Assembly: GCF_028641065.1 (NCBI RefSeq) | Contig: NC_073409.1 | Coordinates: 12,276,001-12,340,000, forward strand | DNA length: 64,000 nucleotides | From: Leucoraja erinacea | Lineage: Eukaryota | Reading direction: 5' to 3' | Shown here: positions 1 to 12,010 of the stretch, piece after piece | How the letters are laid out: every line of letters starts with the position of its first letter | Numbering within the stretch: position 1 is the stretch's first letter | Notes under the pieces: model-generated | Told to the model about the DNA's origin: nothing | What the model saw: the letters and a program-made list of their open reading frames with translations, nothing else | The model's database searches: none | Translations under genes and position numbers: made by a program

Positions 1-393
1 AATGTAAAATTCGGAGATATGTTCCTCGAAAGCCTCCCATATTGCAGAACAACCGGATTTAACTAAATTATACAGTAGAAACGGTTTGTCGTGCAATATA
101 TTGAACTTTCCTTCCTAGTTTAACTATATTTGGTTCGATTAACCTTAACACGACTGAATAACCAACTAAATTACAGAGAGCAACGTGTCTCCACGTCCCC
201 ACCCCTCCCCCACCCAATCTTTTAAGATGGCGACCTGGCAGAACTCGGCCTCTGACTTTCTCTCTATTATTTAAAAAAATAAAATAAAATATTATAATTG
301 TAAACAACATTAAATCTTCAGAGGTTACTCGAGTCCCTCTGACAGCTGCCTGCTCAGGCTGTGCTGCAGTTAAAACCCGATTCACACACTCAC

Positions 394-455
394 CATTGTC
401 GCAACTCCTCGGCGCCACACGCGCGGGATGGCGACCTCGGCAGGAAAAGGAAGAA
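394..455 (-). CDS. RPL4: 60S ribosomal protein L4, exon 1 (5'TOP leader + ATG only; rest of the gene lies left of the window)
   Basis: Minus strand reads TTCTTCCTTTTCCTG...GCGACA-ATG|gtgagt: an oligopyrimidine start, then ATG (394-396) directly followed by a canonical donor. This is the exon-1 layout of vertebrate RPL4, which is head-to-head with ZWILCH. Identity rests on synteny plus structure, not on protein sequence. Confidence 0.8.
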
Positions 456-937
456 CGCCACACCGTCATGCCGCTAAATGGAGACTTCCGCCAAGTTTTC
501 TTTAGCAGTAACCATCAATAGTTGTGTAACTGCAAGAAGTATGCTTCAAATTAACAGTTCAGACAAAATGTCAATTGAAATTGGCGTGACTACTCGAGCT
601 TCTCAGCAAAATGAACAAAATGTGACTCGCACTATTTCCTTTCAATGTCGGCACTATCTTTACGCGCAGGTATACATTTCCAAAATACACGACGGAATAG
701 ATAAGTTATTCATTAGTGTTTAAGTTTTGTTTTGCGGTCATTTGTTTTGTTCAGAAACATTTTTATAACTAAAACTCCGTTAAAATAGCCGTTAAAACAA
801 GACGATTCTTATGTCGGACGTGACGTTGGGCTACTGAGGAATGCGCGCGCTGATCGGCTGCGATTTGAAATTTTCTTTGGCAATCCGAACTATTATCGTC
901 CATGAAAGTACGCGTTTGAGATACATACTTGTATTGA
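456..937. promoter_or_regulatory. Bidirectional RPL4/ZWILCH promoter
   Basis: Lies between divergent first exons. ETS/GABP core ACTTCCG 484-490, ATTGG 580-584, GTGACGT 820-826, CHR-type TTTGAA 864-869 after a GC-rich stretch. YY1-type (AA)GATGGCG at 224-232 and 427-433. Confidence 0.65.
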
Positions 938-990
938 ATGGGCTCAGCTGTTCTACAGTCGGTGCGATGCTTTCACTCCTTTCTCCTTGG
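938..990 (+). CDS. ZWILCH: ZWILCH exon 1 (MGSAVLQSVRCFHSFLLG)
   Basis: ATG at 938, donor GG|gtgagt; 53 nt, phase fits exon 2. Confidence 0.8.
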
Positions 991-1594
991 GTGAGTGTTG
1001 ACGCTTGCCAGTTCCAGTGATGGGTGTTTATCATCTGAATGCGCAACTTTAACACCATCGGCAGCAGAACTCCTTGGGGGTGGGTGTGTAGCGCAGTTAC
1101 TATGGTCAGGTCTGCAATGTATTTTATGAAAGGATTGAGGGAAAGATTAAGTAGTATAATTCAAAGAAAGAAATGGATGAATATTTGAAGAGACGCGAGA
1201 TCAAATAAATAGTTGGAGTCACAAGCAGCCTGGAGATGCTGGAATCTCGAGTAAAATACTGGAAGAACTCATTTCCCGCATTCCCTCATCAATTTTCTTG
1301 GTCACCTCTTCAAAAAATATTGACATTTGGAGGCACAATTTCCCATGCACTAAGCAATGCTGACTACCCCTAAATAGTCTATGCCTTCTCAAATATGTAA
1401 CTCATAATACAGCAATGTATTTGCTGTTTTATTTGCTTCATGACATGAGTACTAGTCCAGAATTGCTCAGTGACAACAGGGTGGAATTAATGCTAATCCA
1501 TATAACAGCACCAACAACAAAATGAAAGATAAAATCTACAGATCTCTCATTGATCAACCTGTTCAGGTGCTTATCAGAATCCTGACAAGACATA

Positions 1595-2137
1595 GAAACA
1601 TAGAGAATAGGTGCAGGAGTAGGCCATTCGGCCCTTCAAGCCAGCACCGCCATTCAATATGATCATAGCTGTTCATCCAGAATCAGTACCCCGTTCCTGC
1701 TTTCCCCCCATATCTGTTGATTCCATTAGTCCTAAGAGCGATATCCAGCTTTCTCTTGAATACATCCAGTGAATTGGCCTCTGCCTTCTGTGGCAGAGAA
1801 TTTCACAGATTCACAACTCTCTGGGTGAAAAAGTTTATCCTCATCCCGGCCCAAAATGGCCTACATTATAACACTATATGTTTCTATAAGATATCCTCTC
1901 ATCCTTCTACATTCCAGTGACTATAAGCCCAGTCGATCCATTCTTACATCATATGGCAGTCCCGCCATCCCGGAATTAGCCAGGTGAACCTATGCTGCAT
2001 TCCCTAAATAGCAAGAATGTCCTTCCTCAATACTGGGAGACCAAAACTGCACACAATACTTCAGGCGCGGTCTCACCATGGCCCTGTACAACTGCAGTAG
2101 GAACTCCTTGCTCCTATACTCAAATGCTCTCGCTATG
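1595..2137 (-). mobile_element. CR1 LINE 3' fragment
   Basis: Same family as 22200-23688; flanked by the direct repeat AAGACATA (1587-1594 / 2138-2145). Confidence 0.88.
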
Positions 2138-2601
2138 AAGACATACCGTCTGTGCTACTGGTTCATTGGCAGCAAAGTTGTTTGAAGGACTAATCTTTAA
2201 GAGTAAGTTGATCAGCATGGAAAACATTTTAGGGAAGTGCTTTATATTTAACTAGTGCAATAAGCAAATTATAAGGATATTAGATAATGTTACCAGGTCA
2301 AATGTGTTGAAATACCAAGGTAATGATGTATGGTGCTCTCACCTGGGCTGTGCTTGGCTTCCATTTTTTGAAGATTCTTAATGTTAGTTACATTAAGATT
2401 TTAAGTAATTTGTTATTTTGGATACATGTTTTATTTTCTTCTGTCTCCATATTTGTTTATTCTAGAAATGTGATTTATATCTCCATTTTAGAATGGCAAG
2501 AACTTCTTCCGTAAAACAATATAAACAAAACTTAATACCCATATGTATAAACATAGCTACAGTCTGATTTTGTCTTTCAGTATAATGTTTTTCCCTCTCA
2601 G

Positions 2602-2653
2602 GCTTTGTGACCAAGAAAAGAAAGGAACACTAAAGGACCCCGTGCTGTTTGAG
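2602..2653 (+). CDS. ZWILCH: ZWILCH exon 2 (LCDQEKKGTLKDPVLFE)
   Basis: ctctcag| ... |gtaatg; 52 nt. Confidence 0.9.
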
Positions 2654-3817
2654 GTAATGTACATGAAAAGCTACTTTGCTTGTTGTTTTTCTTCCATTGA
2701 ACACCTCCCTGGAATTGCAATACCTGGTCACATTTTTTTCTGCCTGTTCTTTAATGCTTTGTATTCCCAGTCCAGCACTTTCTCTTGATGATAATTTTCA
2801 GCCGCTGCTGTTTCTCAAAGACATATTGCTGCTTGATGAATTCATGTGTGGAAATTAGTTCAGCTTCAGCATGTAATGATACTCATTTCTAACTTCACAT
2901 CCTCTCTTGGATCGTATGAGCTGTCAGACTGCTTTGGAAATGGAATGTTAACCACAAGTTAAAAAAAATCCATCCTTGACCATTTCTTCTCAAAGTGTGA
3001 GTTTAAACGTGATGAGCATTCTTGAAATTGTCAGTTCTTGAAATAAGCAGTTCATAATAGACTGAAGCCTAAAATATTTAGCAAAGGATCAGTGCTATGG
3101 ATCTTGCCATTCTGGAAAGAAGGAAGAGAAAACAGGGAACTCTCGACCATTTGTCAGAACAGCTGCTAAATGCCAACAGCAGGGTCATGTTCAGAATAGA
3201 ATTAGTGGTGTCCATGTGGATTTATGATAAACTTGTAAGTAATCTGGAGAATGTGAAAAAGTGGAGTTTCAAAAAGTATTTAATAAACAGCCAAATAAAA
3301 GTTACAAGAGACAATCCACAACTTACGGTTGAGTTACAGCCATGGAATCCATGGATAGACCAGTTTGTTCATGTTGAAGTGTTTTACTGTCAATATTATG
3401 TTCTGTAAAAAGTGGTACTGAAGTGGTTTAAAAAAAAAATGCCAGCAAGAACACCTCTAACAATATGACATTTTTCTTTATACAGAAAATCTAGTAACAC
3501 AATTAGGTAGAAAACCATAATAATAGAGCGCATTACCAATTTTCCATAAATCCTGTTATTGGCCTGCATATTGGAAAGGACATTTCTTGACTGATGAATG
3601 GATACGTAGTCAAATGAGACTGCTGGGTGTCATTTGGAGTTTTTCAGAAGATTGCAGCTTTGTGTGTAGAAATCATGTCTAAAAAATGTGATTACATTTT
3701 TCGAAAAGGTAACCAAGTGGATTTACGAGGGCAGGGTAATAGATATTGTCAACATGGACTTTAACAAGACTTTATACAACTTCTCACATGGTATGTTGGT
3801 CTGTATGGTTAGATTTG

Positions 3818-4135
3818 AGATAGTGCAACTGGCAGAGCTGTGGCCTCATAGCGACAGAAACCTAGGATCAATCATGATGATGATGTTGTGTTCTATCTAT
3901 GTGGAGTTTGCTTGTTCTTCCTGTGACCACATGTGTTTCCTCTGAGTGCTCTGGTTTCCTCTCACATTCCAAAGGCCTGCAGGTTTGTAGATTAATTGGC
4001 CTGTGTAAAATTGTCCCTAATGTATTGGATGTGGGTGAGAAACTGGGATAACAGAACTAGTGCGAATGGGGGAATTGATAGTCAGCATGGGCTTGGTGAG
4101 CCAAATATCCTGTTTCCATGCTGTATTTCTTTAAT
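3818..4135 (+). mobile_element. tRNA-derived V-SINE (HE1-like); other copies at ~53990-54150 (-), ~63830-63960 (+), ~34365-34445 (+)
   Basis: V-domain GTGGAGTTTGC.TGTTCT.CC.GTGACC...GTGCTCTGGTTTCCTC.CACA and a CR1-type tail. Confidence 0.75.
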
Positions 4136-4791
4136 AAAAAGTTGAATGGCAAAGCAAGCTCAAAGGGCCAACGTCTGCTATTTCTCATGATTTGCTGGGT
4201 AGATTTCAGTACCACGTGCTCAGTATATTGTGCTTTTATATTTTGAAAATTCTTAGGTATGCCTACAGAAATCATTTATATAAAGTACATGAATAGCATT
4301 TTTAATACTTTAATTTGCTGGGTCACAGCTAAAATTATTGATAATTAATGTCTTCAGGACGTGACATTTCCTTCAAAACACCTATAGTTTTTCTTACCAG
4401 GCTTGAGTTCACACAAGTGGGATCTGCCTGTATTAAACATTTCTCAAATTTACCTAGTGGTTCAAATGTTGTGGTTGAAATAAAGATCGCATAATTGCCG
4501 AGAATTATTCAAGCATATATCCTGTTCTCCAACTCAGTGACAAATCAAATTAGTACCAACAAGGTGTGAAATTGTACTCTTCATCTTACCCCCACTACAC
4601 CCACCAATATCATTATTATGTTTTCAATTGTTTATGTGGTAGGTTAGATCTTTATCATCTGTATTTGTGTTTTCTACTTTATAACTGTGCTTGCAGGTTT
4701 TAAGTACATCCCAAAGCACTTTATGGTCATAAAGTGCTTTGGGATGTTCAAAGATTGGCTAAAAATGTATTTATCTCTATTTGTCTCACAG

Positions 4792-4887
4792 GATGATGTC
4801 CAAGTATACATTGTAGATGAAGTGAATAAAAGTCCCTTGCGTGCATTTTGGAAGGAAAATGCATCTGTGTTCATAGCAGAAATGGCA
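4792..4887 (+). CDS. ZWILCH: ZWILCH exon 3 (DDVQVYIVDEVNKSPLRAFWKENASVFIAEMA)
   Basis: tcacag| ... |gtaagt; 96 nt. Confidence 0.9.
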
Positions 4888-5397
4888 GTAAGTATGTAAA
4901 TTATAATTCTATCTTAAATTGCTCAACCTTGCTGAAAGATGTTTCCAGTAAATATACTTTGTGGCTAATATACTTAATGATGAATTAAGTCTTAACACGA
5001 AGGCAAGACTTTATTTTGTGACTTTGTGCTTTGACTTCTTGTCACTCCAAGTAAAAGGATGGTGACTTTTCCAAATTTCCACATTTCAAAATCATAACAG
5101 CAGTAAACTGCATAATGACTCCATAACCTTTTATATTCATTTTCTGTATTTACTTTGATTTTTTTTCTGCCATTCAGACATAATGTTTTCTATTACTGAT
5201 CCTTGTCATCTTTCTGATTGAAGTGCTGGTTTATTAAAATCTGATGTTTTTGAGAACAGTGAAAGAACCTTTTGTTTTCATTATGATTCCTTCTGACTAT
5301 TCGTGGGGAGAAATCAAATCACAATATGTATTTACAAACCCTTTTTTAAAGAACTTACACATTTTAAAATCCAAGAGAGGGTAGACATAAAATACTG

Positions 5398-5522
5398 TAG
5401 TCTGAAGAAGGGTCCCGACCCGAAACGTCACCCATTCCTTCTCTCCAGAAATGCTGAGTTACTCCAGCATTTTGTGACTACCTTTGATTTAAACAAGCAT
5501 CTGCAGTTCTTTCCTACACATT
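5398..5522 (+). repeat. Penelope-type terminal repeat with an intact minimal hammerhead ribozyme core
   Basis: CTGAAGA-A-GGGTC-CC-GACCC-GAAA-CGTC at 5402-5429; family members at ~6515, 23750-23855, 24197-24590, 27495, 40590-40745, 48820 and 61065-61195. Confidence 0.7.
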
Positions 5523-5975
5523 AAAATCCACGAGATTCTTTCATTTTTATTTTCCATGCATTTAAAATTGTATTGTGTGTTGATTAGTGAATCATATCCA
5601 TTGTGTGATATAGATCCTTAGAAAATCCCTAACTTAATTATGAGCTGTGTTCAATTGTTGGGGAAAACTGGGACAGTAGGATTTGACCCAATTTTAGCTT
5701 TATTCTAGAGTTATAAAAAATATGTTAGAAGTTGTGGTAGGTGTCTGGAAACTGCATTTGAATTGGGCTAGGCTCTGATTTGTGCCCTACAGCTGATTAT
5801 CTGCAATACTTGATATTTATAATCCCACTTGATGAATTAGTTTGGAAATTTTGAGTCTTTAGATAAAGCATTGCTTCAAATGCACAATGCTTTTGTGATA
5901 CACAGACGGCAGAGCTATACGTTTTTATTTTCTTCAGTTGCTTAGGCTGACTACAGATTCCCTTTTTCCCCATAG

Positions 5976-6097
5976 TCACCTAAAGAGAATGAAGACGACT
6001 TGGAAGACACTTTTAATAATGACAATGAAACCAGGAAGGTAACATCTAGTAATTTAGAGGATGTGGGTCCATTACCTCTATCGGTCATGAAAGCAAG
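5976..6097 (+). CDS. ZWILCH: ZWILCH exon 4 (SPKENEDD...EDVGPLPLSVMKAR)
   Basis: ccccatag| ... AG|gtaaaa; 122 nt, open frame. Confidence 0.88.
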
Positions 6098-6738
6098 GTA
6101 AAAGCAAAATAATAGCAGTGTCATATATACCATACATTGAATTTTGTTCACATGCTTTGCACAGTTTGGAGAAATGCTGTTCATTTCTCAGATTCACGTT
6201 GAAAATGATATAATTCTTCAATTATATCATTTTCCGATTCCTATATCATCTTCCCAGTATTGAGTGAAATGAGAATGTGGCCAGGATAGTGTGGTCCTTG
6301 ATGATGCTAGCTGCCTTTTTGAGCACCCCTCTGATGATGGGGAGGCCATTACCTATGATGGACTGGACAGCATGCATTACTTTTTGTAAACGGCTTTGTT
6401 TCTGGAAATTCACATTGTCGAACCAGGCCATGCTGCAAAGCAATATTCTCTAGACCCTGCACCTGTCCCACACCCACCTCTCTTCCAGTATTTTCTCCCT
6501 CCCTCACAATCACAATTGGTCTGAAAAAAGATCCTGAGCCAATACTTGGCCTATCCATGTTCTCCATAGATGCTGTCTGACCTCTTGGGTTACTCTAGCA
6601 CTTTATGGTATTTTTAATAAGCCAGAGTGGAAGTTTCTTGAGGCTAGTATCTATGACAGACTTGACTTAAATCCAAGTTTACTTCTTGTATTACTTTCTC
6701 ATCTACAATATTTATCTATTTATTTTTCCTCCTCACAG

Positions 6739-6938
6739 ACAATTAGTTTCCTGGTACACCATGGCTCATAATCCGCACATGTCACAGATGACCAGCTGTA
6801 TCGTGCCTATTACATTTCCTTCGCTGTGGGTTAGATGTGATGCCTCTGACTCTGAAGGCACTGTTTGGTTTGGAGCGGAACCCAATAAAACTGGGAAAGA
6901 GATTGCGTCAATGATTTTCCACATAGTCACATGCACTG
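6739..6938 (+). CDS. ZWILCH: ZWILCH exon 5 (QLVSWYTMAHNPHM...LWVRCDASDSEGTVWFGAE...IVTCT)
   Basis: ctcacag| ... G|gtaaga; 200 nt. Confidence 0.95.
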
Positions 6939-7094
6939 GTAAGATGGCATGATAGCCCTTTTTAAAATAATTGCATTAAACGTTAGCTGAGTCAGTTTTT
7001 ACTAGGAGGTGTAATTGCAGCCTAACAAGTTAAAATCAATACGTTCCATTCAAATATGGGTTGAATACACAACATAAAAATGCAACCACTAGAA

Positions 7095-7419
7095 CAGGGG
7101 TCGGCAACCTTGTTCTGCAATGCACTGAACAGGGGCTGGGACGCATGTCTGTGAGCGGATGGTGGGCCACATCTATCACGTGTACACATGGGTCCCTCCC
7201 CGGATGACGCATCTGCAGTTCTTTCTTAAACATGTTCGCAGAAGGTGCGCGGGCGTGCCGGCAGCTTTGTGCAGGATGCGGTACAGCCAGAGCTCAGTCG
7301 CACTCGGGGCAGGTGATTGGCGGGCTGGATGAATACGGGAAACAAAATCCGCCTGCGGGCCGGATGATTTCGGGTTACTGGCCGCATTCAGCCTGGGGGC
7401 CGTAGGCTGCCGTCCCCTG
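7095..7419. mobile_element. Non-autonomous hAT (Charlie-type) MITE, 325 bp
   Basis: TIR CAGGGGTCGGCAACCT / AGGCTGCCGTCCCCTG; perfect 8-bp TSD CACTAGAA (7087-7094 / 7420-7427). Confidence 0.92.
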
Positions 7420-7446
7420 CACTAGAAGAATAGAAGAGAATAAGTG

Positions 7447-7647
7447 CAGTTGGTTTTCTGGTACACCCTGGCCCATAATCTGCACATGTCACAGCGTGTC
7501 TACTGTGGGTGAGATGTGATGGCTCTGACACTGAAGGCAGTTTGAAGAGCTGAAATTGTTAAAGCCTGGAAAGATGTTATGCCAATGATTTTTCACATTG
7601 TCACGTGCACTGGTGAGATGTCATCATAGCCCTTTTTAAAATAATTG
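7447..7647 (+). pseudogene. Decayed tandem duplicate of ZWILCH exon 5 plus its donor and the start of intron 5
   Basis: Co-linear with 6740-6973 (QLVFWYTLAHNLHMSQ...LWVRCDGSDTEG...MIFHIVTCT G|gtgagatg...atagccctttttaaaataattg). Two internal deletions shift the frame; no polypyrimidine tract upstream. Confidence 0.9.
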
Positions 7648-8416
7648 GCTGTTCAAGCCTGCCCCTCCATTCAATATGATCTTGGCTGACCAGTCCTTTG
7701 CCTAACTTTCTTATCTGTGCCAGATTCCTCAATCTTTCAAAAATGTATCAACCTGCACTAAAAAATATTTCTAATGAGTAACCTCATCAACTCTTTGGGG
7801 CAGAGAATTCCAATGAGTCACTAGTTACAGAAAATGGTTTTAAATGACTACTATCACCCTTATCTTTAAACTATGTCCCTCATTCAACAAGGAAAAAGAT
7901 CTCAACCCTTTACCCTGTCCTGCCCCTTCCGGATCTTATAAATTTCAATAAGATCACAGCTCCACGAACTCCACGGAGTACAGATCTCATCTGCTTAGCC
8001 TCTTGATATGGCAATCCTCTCAACCCAGGAATTAACTCTGCTTGAGACTCTTTTGAACTACCACAGATGCTTCAATATTCTTTCTTCCCACATCAACACA
8101 CACGCCAATTGCCTCTTAATCTTCAGTTCCCATTCACTAGATCATTACATTTGATCTTGGTGAGTAGAGTATTAGACTTGTTAAGGCAGTGAAGGAAGCC
8201 ATTTGGCCCACCATTTAATATATATAGTATATACAACTTAATGGAATAGTTTGGTGGTAAATTTAAGTATAAAAAATATAAAATATAGTTTATTTTGTTA
8301 GCAGATTAGATTGTGAAATTATCATAAATATGCTGATTCTTTTCATCTTTAAGTTTATAGTTTATAGAACGCACACAGACCATTTTGTGTTTGACTGTAA
8401 TTCCTCATTATTTTAG

Positions 8417-8496
8417 GACCAATTGTTGACAAAAACTGTTTCACAACCTTAGAAAGTTTGAAAACTACACACAAGGACAGACATCATTGTTCTGCT
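8417..8496 (+). CDS. ZWILCH: ZWILCH exon 6 (PIVDKNCFTTLESLKTTHKDRHHCSA)
   Basis: ttttag| ... GCT|gtaggt; 80 nt. Confidence 0.88.
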
Positions 8497-9219
8497 GTAG
8501 GTATTCTTGCCCCTTTTCAATTATAAATTACTTTGATAAAGCTTCAAATTTTAAAATATGTTGAAGATGTTGAGCCAGAAGGTTAAGCCTCTGGTTTTGT
8601 TGTTAAACTCTTTTCAATTTTAATCAAGATTATGTACGTGATTTCTTGGTCTGGTTGATTGGATCCACAGCTCCTACTGTAATCTTAAATTGAGGTCATT
8701 AACCTGAAACACTAACTCTTTATCCCTCCCTCACATGTAGCTGACCTCCTCAGCTTTCCAGAATTTTCTGGGTTTTTTAAATTCTTATTTCCAGAGTCTA
8801 GTATTTCACCAGTATTTATTAAATTTTGTATTGATTTTTTTTTTAGGAGTTTAGGAGTGTGCAAACATATATTTAGATGTTGTAGCGATTTATAAATTAC
8901 ATTACTGTCACAAACTCAGGATGCGCCAGAGTTTTTTATGGTCAATTAAATCATTTTTACAGTTCAGTGATAGTTGGATTAGGGAAAACTGAGCAGCTAA
9001 TATGCATGCAGAATGCTGTCTCCATCTACAATATTTCTGTGCAAAATGACTGTTGAACAGCAGAGACCCATAAGATCTCCCACCAGTCTGAAATGCCGCA
9101 AGAAACACGATCCAACTTATCCAGATTTGCTTTATGCAATCTTGCTAACGTCCAGTTCCGCTAAAACATAACATCCCAACTCTACACAAAACCCTGACCT
9201 ATGTGCCAAACTGCGAAGC

Positions 9220-9585
9220 ATGCCAAATGCTGCTGCCATTTATCTGAATTAAACTCCATCTGCCATTCTTTGGCTCAGTTAATCAGGATTAGGATCCTAT
9301 TGTAATCATAGACCACCTTCTCTGCCCACTACACTACCAATTTTACTGTCAGACATAAATTTACCAGCTATGGCAAATACATTCCCATCCAAATCATGAA
9401 TATTTATAAAGAGCAACAGTGGACTCATTACTGATCCTTGTGGCGCACCACTTGTTACAGTCTGAAAAACAATAATCTGGTACCACCCTCTACTTCCTAC
9501 CTTCACGCCATTTTTGTATCCAACTGGTTATATTGCCTTGGGTCCCATGCAATCTAATCTTCCAGATGCAGTACCTTGTCAAATA
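9220..9585 (-). mobile_element. Old CR1 RT fragment
   Basis: VTSGAPQGSVMSPLL.FINIHDLD...GKFMSDSKIG. Confidence 0.7.
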
Positions 9586-9710
9586 TCTCATTACCTATAA
9601 ATAGCTTTGTATTTTGCTGAGGTTGCGACAGATAGGATTTGACTGAAAATAATTTTTTTAGTGTACTAATATTTCAGTACCCAGAGTTATGATTTATTGT
9701 CATGATGCAG

Positions 9711-9866
9711 ATATCGACCAAAGGCTATGCACAGTATGATTTGTTTGGTGCCTCCATTTTGGAGAATACAATCATGGATTCACAGAGTAATATTGTGGTG
9801 GATTTAGCTTGGAACAACGTGGTGAAAATCCTAGAAGCTCCCCAACATTCATCGGTTGCCACCCTG
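9711..9866 (+). CDS. ZWILCH: ZWILCH exon 7 (ISTKGYAQYDLF...SSVATL)
   Basis: atgcag| ... |gtaagc; 156 nt. Confidence 0.92.
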
Positions 9867-11449
9867 GTAAGCAAATGTGTATTAGTAAAGTATTAAATTG
9901 GTACAATATGTTATGAGATAAATTAATAGGGTTATCACATGAGGATGAATGGGTGAGGGAGAGAAACCACATTTTGCATTTGGGAAGTTCTATCCCATTT
10001 TTCCGCACTTTTAATTTGCTGTGGATGCCAAATTGCTGACTCTGCCACATCTGTAGTGCAATGTATTCAGCCATTAGGGAATTGTTCATCCTGACATTGA
10101 ACTTCAATTTTGTTCTGTGTAATGCTGCGGAGCATTGGCTTTTCAGTGTAAAATGCATACACTGTTCTCTTACACTCATTTTCATTATGCCTGGCTAAAG
10201 ATTAGCTGAAGTCTATTTTGGGATAGCCAACATTTTGTCCTTGGAGAATAGCTTTCAAGTTGGATCTGAAGATTGCATCTGAAAGTTATTGCTGGGGAAA
10301 TATCCATATGCATGACGGGCAAGTGCTGGCTACGTGCACCAATGTCTGAGTGTGTGCAATTTAGTTTGGCATTCCATGCACAAATATCTGTCTTGCACTT
10401 GTACCTGCATAGAGACAGATCTCCAGATCACGTAAAGGTTCATGAGACTTTCCATAAACTGATTTTTACATAAGATAAGATAAGATATTACTTTAATACG
10501 GAAACAAACAATTTCAATGCAGGCTGATTATTATGAACATTTATTTATTGTCTTCCCGTGTCGTTACAATGATACAAAATCAGAATATCACGCATCCAGC
10601 GATGAGTTTGGATGGCCGTAAAGTATCATTGTTTGCTAAAGCATATTGCAAATGTCAATACGTAGTGAGATTACCTTGTCAATTTCCAAATCAATTTCCT
10701 TGGTGGCGTCCTGTTGTGAACCGAAGCTGAGTTCTAAAAGACAATAGTGTCTATTTAATTACAGGGGGGAACTTGTATATGAACAGATGTTTTGTTTTGA
10801 AGACTTTTGATTTTAATTTAACAAGCTGCTACCCTGTTCCATAACTCCTGAAGATGTTTGCATTGCTCTAATTAGCTTTCCTTCTTGAAAAATTCTTGAA
10901 ACATTTATGAGAGAATTTGCATAATGTCAGATTTCCATACTATGTGCTGAAATAAAATGTTGACGTGAGGTTTGTGACCTGCTTCAGCTTTAGTTCAATT
11001 CTGATGTTACTGGGCCACTGGGTTTATGTCTGGAAGGTATGTTTAACTAATTTCCTTTTTCTCCCCATCCTCCATTACTGCTGCCCCCAGACTTCCCTCG
11101 AACCCTGATCTGAATCCAATTATCCCTACCCGACTCCTGGGCTTTGGGTTTCCAGCACCACATTTCACTCCCTAATGCATACTCAGTGATCTCCATTATT
11201 TGTACTTTTGACGATTTTGTACATGAAATCCAATTTTGGACAACAGCGTGTCCTTCTTCGTGGTGGATTATCCAAAACCAGTTACTTTAGATCACACGAT
11301 CCATTGATCCAAGGTTTGAGCATCTCTGCTCTGTGATTCTTGCAAGGAGTGGGGTGGTTAGACCTGATCCTACACCTTTGTATTCTTAGGGGATAAGATG
11401 GAAAAAGTCATGATCAGAGGTTTGGCAGTTAGGATCCATCCTGAGGAAA

Positions 11450-12010
11450 ATAAGACAATAAACAATAGACAATAGGTGCAGGAGCAGGCCATTAGGCCCT
11501 TCGAGCCAGCACCGCCATTCAATGTGATCATGGCTGATCATCCACAATCAGTACCCTGTTCCTGCCTTCTCCCTATATCCCCTGTCTCCTTGATCTTTAA
11601 GAGCTCTATCTAACTCTCTTGAAAGCATCCAGAGAACCGGCCTCCACCGCCTTCTGAGGCAGAGAATTCCACAGATTCACAACCCTCTGTGTGAAAAAGT
11701 TATTCCTCATCTCCGTTCTAAATGGCTTACCCCTTATTCTGAAACTGTGGCCCCTCCTGGTTCTGGACTCCCCCAACATCAGGAACATGTTTCCTGTCTC
11801 TAGCGTGTCCAACCCCTTAATAATCTTATATGTTTCAATAAGATTCCCTCTCATTCTTCTAAATTCCTGAATATACAAGCCTAGCTGCTCCATTCTATCA
11901 ACATATGACAATCCTGCCATCCCTGAAATTAACCTGGTGAACCAACACTGCACTCCCTCAATAGCAAGAATGTCCTTCCTCAAATTTGGAGACCAAAACT
12001 GCACACAATA
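11450..12010 (-). mobile_element. CR1 LINE 3' fragment
   Basis: YCVQFWSP...FFTQRVVNLWNSLP peptide and the family 3' UTR. Confidence 0.9.

Noticed and set aside
1-393. Box C/D snoRNAs (SNORD16/18), known from RPL4 introns
   Set aside because: No box C (TGATGA) on the minus strand in the visible part of intron 1; the host introns lie outside the window.
68-469. 133-aa minus-strand ORF at the window start
   Set aside because: Runs across the RPL4 promoter, exon 1 and intron 1; not an RPL4 protein sequence.
3818-3890. tRNA-like A/B box sequence
   Set aside because: It is the degenerate head of a V-SINE and does not form a full cloverleaf.
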